Origin: Paragordius varius
Lineage: Eukaryota > Animalia > Nematomorpha
NCBI GenBank assembly: GCA_964247055.1
Contig: OZ176050.1
Coordinates: forward strand, 9,300,001 to 9,364,000
Direction of reading: 5' to 3'
DNA: 64,000 bases
Shown: piece after piece, positions 25,901 through 35,572 of the stretch
Position numbering within the stretch: the first letter of the stretch is position 1
How the letters are laid out: every line of letters begins with the position of its first letter
Notes under the pieces: generated by a model
Databases searched by the model: none
What the model was told of the DNA's origin: nothing
The model's input: only the letters and a program-made list of their open reading frames with translations
Program-made: the position numbers and the translations under genes

Positions 25901-28900
25901 ATGTCGAATTTTGTGGCGGAAAAAAATATTTGCGGACGCATTGCCAATTAGAAGAAAAAGCCTGTTGAAAGTTATCGTTTGTCGGCAGAACATATGAACA
26001 TGCTGCATCGATTAACATATGTGAAACATGGTTTCGAAAGATTAAAGTAGTGTTTTCATGTGAAAGAGTGGGGCGCTGTGGTAGACCATACAAATGCAAA
26101 GACGCTAAAGTGCAAGAATTGGATGATAATCCAACTCAAACTTAACAATAATTAGCAGAAGCATTACATTATCACAAAAAACAATGAATAGATGTTTATG
26201 AGCAATGGTAAACATTAATAAATTCGGTAAAAGGTCCCATACAATTTGAATGAAAGATAAATCGAAAATCGCAAATGGACTTGTGAAGTCCTGCTTTAAC
26301 GTCAGAAAATATAATCATTTTTGCATCGAATCAAGACAAGTGATTAGTAAAAGCTTTATTTTGTAAATCCAAAGCGGATAAATCATGGGTTTAAATTTGC
26401 AAAGTGGTCCATCAACACCAATGCCGGTCGGCAAGAAAACTTTTCACTGTGTCTGAAGGGACCAGAGCGATATTGTCAATTAAAAATTTGAAACCCCGTA
26501 AAACCGTTAATACACAATGCTATCGCCAACAAATGCTATATTTAAACCATCCATTTATCGAGAAGACAAGAATTGACAAAAAGACATGGCAAAGTGATTT
26601 TGCTACATAACAATCCTCCCTTTTCGGGGAACTTCTTACGCATTCGCTGAACTCTCACGCCATCTGATTACTGAAACTTCGCATGAGTGGGAATAACCCT
26701 CGCAATGCAATACTTCAATAATTTCAAAAACGTAAATGGTTTGACAGATGGTTTGCCGCAAAAGTTATCAGCTTTCCTGTAGCTTAGTGATTGGTGAAAT
26801 GTGCAAAAGCCGATGTACAATATTTTAGATGCAATAAATAAATTATTTTCTTTCAAATTACATGTTTTTATCAACGAAAAAACCGGTAAAAACTTATGAC
26901 TACACCAGGTATAATTCATAAATATATCATTACTACCAGATAAAGTGTGTTGAGTTCCACTCATTCCATGGGCCGCACCCCCAGAGATGCCTAAAAGATC
27001 GACCGGATCCGTTTCAAACGGTGAATGTGAAAATGGGTTATCAATCATTTTGCCATTGGCGTCTCGAGCGAAATTGTAATCTAGGCATGTTTGTGAAGCA
27101 GCAATGTGATGAGGAGCCCTAGACATATTCATGTCCTGATCAGCCTCTTGTAATTGAGCAGAAGATGGCAAAATGGCTGGTTCAAAGTAGTACATCATGT
27201 AAAAATTGCACATTTCATCATTGTGTGAGCCCCTGTATAATTTTTTATAATCCATCATAGTTATAAAATAATTTATAAAATAGCATAAAAAGATATTAAT
27301 CTTTTTATTGTTTAAAATAAATATGGTTAAGTATCTAGTTTCATTCAAATGTATATAGGGTAAAAAACTAGTTAAATATGTTTTAATAATGTCAATTAGA
27401 TCATATTAAAAACTTATTCAGTTAAATATATTATTGAAATTACCCAATGTATATTGTTTGATTAGCTTCCATAGAATCATAAGTACAGCGAGCAATCTAA
27501 ATGTAAATTTAACGACAAAATTATAAAACATAAAATGCTTTAAGCAGTTACAAAAAATGAATCATTAGTCATAGTTTAAGGTTTTTAATAAACATAAAAA
27601 TATATAAACCGTACATAAAAGTAAAAGAATGAATAACTTTACCCTATATGGTAAAACCTTTTTTGAGCGAGCTTTGTTAATGAATTGATCCTTTTTTCAA
27701 CTCTTTGTAATTACTTAGATATCTTTTATTTATTTTGCAAAAATTACATGTTGGCTAATTTCTTATGAATTTCCCTAATATTCTTAAGTTATAATAGCCA
27801 TTTATTACCCATAATCGTCCCTTTTTGCATTTTTATATATCATCATAATTATACCAGGTAAAAAATTAAACGTTTAACAAAGAAATTTGCAATAAAAAAT
27901 AAATATTTTGAATAAGAATTCGAGTTAAGCGAATCGGCTAACACGTGCCTGCAAATTGAAATAAAAATACTTTTAAAGAAATATTTTAGTGGGCCAACCT
28001 ATTATGCGGACATAAAATCTAAATGACAGATAAAATAGCATTTTAAATTCACTTGGGCAGCAGTTTTAATTAGTAAATTGATAAAAATATATTTTTACAG
28101 ACATGAAGCGTTATGTGTGGAATGCTAGTGCAGTTATGGCACTGCATTTTTCGCATATATAATCTGAAATTTTTTGTGCAGATTTCTTACCAAGAAAAAA
28201 ACTATATAGACCATTTAAATTTATGGTAATAATTTTGCGAAAATAAAATTATGTTTTGTAAAATTTACTCTATTTATAAATAAAAAATATGTAAAAAAAA
28301 TGTCAATACCAAAACGTCTTTAGTCCGTATAACAATATCTTTCGTGGTGGGATAAAAGGCTTGCGGCCATTGAGGACTACCAATACCAATTCTAATCCAT
28401 TCGGTATAAATGTTTGGATCATATGTAAGATTTTCTTTTTCATCCATATCATCATGAGTTGATGTGTTGTTAGAATGTGGCTTTAATACATAAGCTGAGA
28501 TTGCTCGACCTATATTGTGATAACAACATAGTAACTATAAAATGTATATGTCAGGGGTAGCCAAACGGTAAACCGCGGCCGACTTCGTAACCGCGAGATT
28601 TAAAAACGTGGCCGCCTGAAAAAAAATTTAAAAAATGTAAAAAAAATTTCTGCATAGAACTTTTTTTACCATAAAATTATAATTAATCTTTTTTATTTTT
28701 ATTTTGTGTATTTTATTACTATATTTATTTAATCATATGTATTTTATTCGAACTTTAAACCATTTGTGATTTCCTTAAAAAATAGTTTAAATTGAGCAAA
28801 AAAACAGAAACAAGATTTTTTCAATTTATATTATAGTATAATTAAAAATAGCCAATGCTAAACATTATGAAATATATGAAAAGATATTTTTTGTAATGAA

Positions 28901-31254
28901 TAATGAAATGTAGTTGTTTAATATCCATTTCCACCGTGGCTCATATGAACTATCAAAATAGAATTCAGATATACGCAAATCAAATCCAGCCATTGAAAGA
29001 GCAACTAAATTCTCACAAACACTACATTGTGAAATATTGCAAAAATAAAAAAATCATAATTAAAACTACAAAATATCAAAAACCCTAACAATAAATGTTG
29101 TCAGGACGAAGAAATTTGGAAAGAAGTTTCAATTAACGCTTCTGAAGTGCTCTGTTAAATTATGGAGCCAAAGAAAATATTATGAAAATAATAAAAAACT
29201 TATCCCTATCTAGAAACTCAATTATGAGTAGGTAATGATCTAAATCTAATCATAATCTTACCGATATTTTACATGAAAATATTAAATCTTGTATAATTTT
29301 TCGCTTCAAATTGACGAGTCCACCTATTACGTTGGAATTGCGCAATTATGCGTTTTTATACTGGTTGTGGTAACCAGAGGTTTTCTGAATCAACATTAGT
29401 GTATTTTGATTAAATTAAGATTACATATAAAAATAAATACTCAGAAATTATTTTTCGTAATATTTATTTTAAAATGGTTTCTAGTCACCCCAATCCGTAA
29501 ACAGAGATAAAAATATTTGCATCGTTTGTGTTGAAGTGATAAATGAGTCTTTTTTTACTTTTATTACTTAATTTTCATACGTGCCCGCGTGAATTTCCTA
29601 ACAAAAAGGTAGCCCGCGGGAAAAAAGGTTGGCACCCTGGTATATATAAATGCTATCAGAATAATATTAAAATAAATTTGGTAGGAAAAGAGTGAATTAG
29701 AGATAAAAGTAAATATGGTTGAGTTTTTCATTGAAAATATCATGCCCAATTTGATGGTTTAAACCATTAACTAATATCAGTATTGAAACATTGTAGCAAA
29801 AATATAAAACTTGACGTGCATCGGTCATTATATTTAAAGAGAGCCAAATTCAATAAAAAATCGAAAACACTTCGGCACATTATCCTATAAAATGTATTCC
29901 CCTATTTAAACATGGGAGTAACTAAATAGCAAAAAGGAATACCTTATTATAATATATGAATATATAGTTTATATTTTACCGTAAGCATGAGCATGAGTTC
30001 TAAATGCAAAAGGATAGATTTCTTGTTTTTGATTTAAAATACAGGCTACGTCCACGTGTGCAGCTATTATGTATAACAATTATTGCATAAAAATTACCGA
30101 TGGTAATAAATAAACACCAGTATATATCGCTAATATGAAGAAATTTTTTTTCACACAAGCGAACTTTCTTAACATTAAATATTTTTATATATTTATCATA
30201 ACATTTGACTAAGAAAATAATTGATGATGATAATAGTTATCCAAAAAATATTTTTTCACAAACCACGCACTTGCAAACCATTAAGGTACTAAACAGTTAA
30301 ATACCAAATGCTACATAGCTTAGTTAACATAATAATTATTAAAAAAAGTAAAAATTGATAGCTTTACCATAGCCTAAGGTTATATAAATTCGCTTATTGC
30401 AATATATCGTTAAAAAAACAAAATATCATTATATATAATATATATTGCAAAAAAGTACCGGTCTTTTTAGGTGGTATAGGTTGTGCATACCCAACAAATA
30501 AATACATGCCTGCTTGAAAACGCGGTGGTTCCGTTGCATATTTTAAGGTAATCGAAGTAAAATCTTTTTCTAATATTTAATTGTGTGTAATATTAATTAA
30601 TTTATTTACATAGTTTACCTATATAATTGAAAATAATAAAAAGGAATGCGTATTTATTATTAATTATAATAATAAGTAGAGCAGTACAAAAGTTTTAAAT
30701 TACAACATAATTTTGATGTATATATAATAATTAAAATATAAAAAAAATATACTTTTAACCGGATTCAGATAATGGACTTGAAAGACTAAATAATGCACAT
30801 TAGAATCCGAAGTGCCAATTTCAAAGCCCACATCTTAAATTTATTTTTGCAATTAAACTTGAAGGATAAGAAAAACTGGATGCATTTCGTGCCCATGCAA
30901 AAATGATTTTAGGATTACCGTCACCGCATATTTCATTACAGGGTCTAAAAATTATATAAATTTAACCCATAGGGGAGATTAGCCAAAATAGGTCGATTGC
31001 ATCCGTATAATAAAACATGATGCGCCACATCCATAGAAGCATGTACTTCAAAGTTGACTAAAATATTTAAATACAAATTACCTAAATATCCTGGATATAG
31101 GACGCGATAGTTAGTACATAAATATGTGTCAGGCTAAAATTAGTGAGGAAAATACTTTTGAGGTCAAAGCACCGGGCATTTTGATGGTGAACTCATCTAG
31201 AGATAATGTGTTGTGCAGCAGCCAAAGGTTAAATATTAAATCAAAAATCAACAT
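16811..31254 (-). CDS. PAM: Bifunctional peptidylglycine alpha-amidating monooxygenase (signal peptide-PHM-linker-PAL-TM-long cytosolic tail), 28 exons, ~1428 aa
   Basis: Exons: 31254-31156, 31133-31082, 31057-30967, 30944-30859, 30833-30753, 30569-30459, 30063-29980, 28509-28310, 27496-27444, 27232-26937, 25382-25200, 25104-24781, 23932-23794, 23229-23034, 22797-22640, 22068-21989, 21906-21840, 21538-21344, 20873-20666, 20408-20270, 20124-19855, 19781-19626, 19527-19460, 19257-19008, 18048-17887, 17688-17507, 17282-16976, 16860-16811. Total 4287 nt, all phases consistent. PHM copper ligands are present: AHHVLLYGC, QVHY, FRTHAH, DEMCNFYMMYY. PAL motifs are present: YLPHGI, ADGYCNRRI, VPHSLAL, ADRENGRI, YPHD. 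TM segment: VIIVFALSIPVSVTLAILFIM. Confidence 0.92.
16889..16923. repeat. (TA)n microsatellite in the last PAM intron; other (TA)n runs at ~7005-7030 and ~16137-16160
   Basis: Direct reading of the sequence. Confidence 0.9.
25753..26909 (+). mobile_element. Decayed mariner transposon in PAM intron 10 (antisense to PAM)
   Basis: ~30-bp imperfect TIRs (CCAAGTGTAGTCATTAGTTATTACCAGTTT vs reverse complement CCTGGTGTAGTCATAAGTTTTTACCGGTTT), each flanked by TA. Broken transposase motifs: KVPYNLNER (~WVPHEL), KNLKPRKTVNTQCYRQQM, VILLHNNPP (~LHDNARPH), LTPSDY, KWFDRWFAAK. Many stops and frameshifts. Confidence 0.9.
28552..29639 (+). mobile_element. Internally deleted Buster/Charlie-type hAT transposon in PAM intron 7
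   Basis: Ends CAGGGGTAGCCAAAC ... GGTTGGCACCCTG, with near-perfect 8-bp TSD (GTATATGT / GTATATAT). Transposase remnants LSLSRNSIMSR (~29200) and FSLQIDESTYYVGIAQLCVFI (~29298-29360). Confidence 0.85.
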
Positions 31255-31344
31255 CTCTTTTCTTTCATACCATATTGGTTTTACTTACATTAGCATGTGC
31301 TTATGTCTTATTGGCAAAATATTGGAAAATTATTTATCAGTTAA

Positions 31345-31909
31345 CAGTTCGATTCAAATTGGGGTATCTAAATACCCCAGACTTAATTTAAATTAATATT
31401 TTTTAAAAACTACTGAAAGAAACGGTTTTAATTTAAATTGTTGCTTCTATCCTAATAAAAATTATATAAATATGTCAAAATATTTTAATAAAATTTTGAT
31501 TTATACAAAAAGTTCCATGTCAAACCACTTCAACGCCATTTTTATTTTATAGAATTTTTGCAAATTATCGTCTTCATTTAATTTTAAGGGTAATAAAAAA
31601 TTTTGATTTAATTAGATTCAACATTGATTGAAATAGAAAAAGGGGTTGATTTTGTAGTATTTTATAATTTGACCATTTCACACATGTCACGTTGACGAAA
31701 TTTTTACCTTTTGGTTTTAGCGTAAAATAAGTAATATCAAGTATTTTTAAATAAATTTTTTAATATATTTCAGTTTAATAATGTTATATAAGTGCAAAAT
31801 TTCGCTATGGTTTCGATTCCTTCCAACTTTTTTAGTATTTATAAGCCTGGGGTATCCAACTACCCCAATTTGAATTGAAGCACTAATATGAGTGTGTTGT
31901 ATACAAGTG
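31345..31909 (+). mobile_element. TTAA-flanked MITE family B copy 2, ~90 bp upstream of the PAM ATG
   Basis: TTAA at 31341-31344 and 31910-31913. Same terminal and internal sequence as 9919-10487. Confidence 0.8.
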
Positions 31910-32264
31910 TTAAAATTATATTTTATGTGCGGGCATTATGCTATTTATAAAACAGACCACACCATTTAACACTGCATGACCTTTTTCATATTTTATACAC
32001 CAAGACATTATAGGGTAATTTTGCTCAGAACTTTAAATAGTAAATACGCTATTGAAAGTTTATTTTGATTTAAGTATCAAATCCTCTTCTCATAGATAAA
32101 AAACTAATTATTACAGTTTTTGACTTCTATCAGATAGCTACAAAACGCGATTGAAACAAACAGATAATTAAAAATTTGCTGCAAAATTGGAATTTGTCCT
32201 GGTTTACCTTTTGTGGTAGTACCGAAATAAAAAATTTCATTTGATTACTTGATAATTATTTTAA

Positions 32265-32804
32265 CACTTCGATTCAAATTGGGGTAATACCCAGACTAAA
32301 TTGAAATTAATATTTATGAGAACCTACTGTAGGAATTTGACCCAATTTAAATTTATTCTTTTATCCTAATAAAAATTATATAAATATGCCAAAATATCTT
32401 GATAAAATTTTATTTTGGAAAAATAGCTCCATATTAAACTGCTTCGACGCCATTTTTTTACAAAATTTTTGTGAAATATCGTTTTCATTTAATTTTAAGA
32501 GTAAAATTAAAGCTAATTTTTAATTTAAATTATAAACATTGAGAGCAATAGAAAAAGCGGTTTATTTTGTATTATTTTTACCTTTTATCATTTCACACAT
32601 GACCTTTACATTTTAGCTTAAAATAAGTAATATCAAGTAAATTTAAAATATTTTTTTATATTTGGGTTTATTAATGTTATATAAGTGCAAAATTTTGCCA
32701 TGGTTATGATTCCTTCCATATTTTTTAAAATATTAAACAGGTTTGGGGTATCCAACTACCCCAATTTGAATCGAAGGACTAAAATGAGTGTGTGTATCCA
32801 AGTG
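32265..32804 (+). mobile_element. TTAA MITE family B copy 3
   Basis: TTAA|CACTTCGATTCAAATTGGGG start and ...GTATCCAAGTG end. Homologous to the other copies. Confidence 0.8.
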
Positions 32805-32889
32805 TAAGGGAAAACAAAAGGTAAAATTTAGTCAACATGACTAGTGTTATTACTAAAATTATAATTTATATAAAATAAACCACCTTTTC

Positions 32890-33290
32890 TATATCAATGT
32901 TAGATGTGATTTAATAAAAATAACTTTTTAGCTAAACACTATATGCAAAAATATTGCAAATGGCGTTGAAGAAGTTTGATAGGGAACTTTTTAAAAAAAC
33001 TAAGTTTTATTTTAATATCTAGGCTTATTTATATTATTTTATAAGGATATAAGCATAAATTTAAAATGAGACCGTTTCTTGCAGTTGTTTTGTAAAAATA
33101 TCAACTTAAATATAGTTTGGCCTACAATTTGGATCAAGGTGTTTAAAAAACTTAAGAGAAAATGACGAAGAAAATTTTGATGAGGATTTTTACGATTTTA
33201 CATTTTTACACTTGGAAACAACACATTTATTTTAGTCCCCCGCTCAAATTGGGGTCTTTGGGGACCCCGGCCTGTTTAAAATCAAATATT
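32890..33290 (-). mobile_element. Inverted fragments of MITE family B
   Basis: 32890-33080 is the reverse complement of the family's 5' internal part (AAATGGCGTTGAAGAAGTTTG). 33206-33290 is the reverse complement of its right end. Confidence 0.6.
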
Positions 33291-33772
33291 TGTACAAATA
33301 TGGAGCAAATTGAAACAATTGCAAAAGCTTGCACTATATAACATTGTAGCACCGAAATTATAGAAGATCCATAAAAAAAACATTATATTATTTATTTTAA
33401 ATAGAATGTAAATATATAGCCAACATGACATGTGTGCATTGGCTAGGTATGAATAGAATACAAAATAAACCACTATCTCTTTTACAAAAACACTTAGATA
33501 CAATGCTTTCATTTCAGTTCGATTCCATTAAAGAGGTTAAAAACCCCAGGCTGTTTAAATATATATTTCAAATAAGGAATAAATTAAAAGCATGGCGAAA
33601 ATTTGCACTTGTATTACATTAACGAACCGAAGTATAATAAATAATTTATTTAAAAAACTTGACTGTTGAGGGGTAAAACCGAAAGGTATAAATTTAGCCA
33701 AGATGTCATTGTGCACAAGCAAAATACAAGATAAATGCAAAATACTACTTTTTCTGCTTATATTAATGCTAA

Positions 33773-34333
33773 CACTTCGATTCAAGACTAAATTTGAGTT
33801 AGGATTTTTAAAAAATTACCGAAGGAAACGGTTCCAATTTAAATCTATACTTCTATGTAAATAAAAATTATATAAATAAGCCAAAACATCTAAATAAAAT
33901 GTTGTTTTGAAAAAAAAGTTTCATGTAAAACTGCTTCGACGCCATTTTTATTTTACAAAATTATTGCAAAATATCGTCTTCATTTAATTTTATGGGTAAA
34001 ATTAAAGCTAGTTTTTTTATTTAAATTATATCTAACATTGTTGAAATAGAAAAAAAGCGGTTTATTTTGTATTATTTTTCAATTTTATCATTGCACACAT
34101 GTCACGTTGACCAATTTTTACCTTTCCGTTTTAGCTTAAAATAAATAATATCATGTATTTTTAAATAAAATTTTTTATATATTTCGGTTTATTAATGTTA
34201 TATAAGTGCAAAATTTTGCCATGGTTTTGATTCCTTCCATATTTCTTATAGAATTTAATTTTAAACAGGCCTGGGGTATTTAACTACCCCAATTTGAATC
34301 GAAGGACTAAAATCAATGTGTTGTATCCAAGTG
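33773..34333 (+). mobile_element. TTAA MITE family B copy 4
   Basis: CACTTCGATTC start and ...TTGTATCCAAGTG|TTAA end. Homologous to the other copies. Confidence 0.8.
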
Positions 34334-34369
34334 TTAAATATGATTTTTATAAAAACCTAATTTAGGCTC

Positions 34370-34600
34370 AAATAAACACTTTATCTGCAAAAATGTTGTA
34401 AAATAAAAATGGCGTCCAAGTAGTTTGATACGAAATTTTTTTTAAAATCTAAATTTTATTTTGATTTTGGCTAATTTATATAGTTTTTATAAGGATAAAA
34501 GCCATAATTAAAATAAAAACCGTTTCTTTCAATAGTTTTTTTAATAAAATTCAATAAATATTATCTGGGGTATTTAGATACCCCATTTTAAACCGAAGTG
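34370..34600 (-). mobile_element. Inverted 5' half of MITE family B
   Basis: Ends GGGGTATTTAGATACCCCATTTTAAACCGAAGTG|TTAA, the reverse complement of the family's left end. Confidence 0.7.
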
Positions 34601-34788
34601 TTAAATATCATTTAAAACAAAATTTTTCATCAAACACTTCTTCATTTCGAACTAATTTTTACCAATTTATCAAAGCATTAGGATACATTCGCCGCTTGAA
34701 TACAACCTTTACACCTCCTTGCTACGCCTTTGCCCTTCTTAACAAACTTAATTATATTAAAGACTTTTATTCAAATGGAGTTTGCCTG

Positions 34789-35350
34789 TAGGGTGACCAG
34801 ATTTTTTGAAGAAAAAAGCGGGACAAATCTGGGAAAGCGGGGAGGCATGGGGAGGTACAACCAAAAATTTTTATACAAAAAATTTATTGTAATATTTATT
34901 CATTTTTAACACAAATACATTATAAATAAAAGAAATATTTTATTCCTTAGTCTCAGGTTATTCATATTCATTATATTTATATGTGCACGAACAAAGGGTG
35001 AAGCGATTTCCTTCAATGTCCTTTCACCACATGAATTTTCTGAAATAGGAAAAGATTTGCATTCATATCGCTATATTCTGATGCACAAAATTATTTTCCA
35101 CTCTCATTCCCTACCCCGTGAAAATTCTGATATATTTTTTACTTCAATAATAATATTCTAGAAAAAAATAATTTAAAAGACTAAATCATCACAAAGAGGA
35201 GTGGGTGGAATTGCAAATATCTTTAATAATTTAGCGAATAATCTTAATCATAACATTATTGGCGGATACACAACGCTATTCAAACAGCTGCTGATTTGTT
35301 ACCCCTGGATGTGGAAAATGTAGTTGTTAACATGCTTGGATATTGTAGAA
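34789..35350 (+). mobile_element. Blackjack-like hAT fragment
   Basis: Starts TAGGGTGACCAG...GGGACA, an end I recall as typical of Blackjack/MER81-type hATs. Remnant peptide NAIQTAADLLPLDVENVVVNM at ~35270-35335 resembles that transposase group. Confidence 0.55.
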
Positions 35351-35572
35351 CCCGTTAGCTTTTTTGCCAGCTATTAAAAATTTTTTAAAAATGTATCGCC
35401 TAGAATCCTATTCTTCATCACAGGACAAATATCTAAAATTCTAAGTCAAGATAGGTTAGGAAATAATTTTATACCATTACTTAATCGCAATATTATAAAT
35501 CATCCAGAAAAACAAGGCTCAATACCAACAGATATGTAAATTAATTTCCATTTTAGCAAATTAAAACTGAAA

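Noticed and set aside
25899-26900. Possible second, tandem PHM domain (ORF pieces FCGKPSVKPF, IDAACSY), as in multi-PHM molluscan PAM
   Set aside because: These are antisense readings of the mariner transposase lying between TA-flanked TIRs. No copper-ligand motifs are present.
33282-33512. Hydrophobic ORF as the PAM signal-peptide exon
   Set aside because: It lies among MITE fragments. PAM already has an in-frame ATG and signal-like sequence at 31254.
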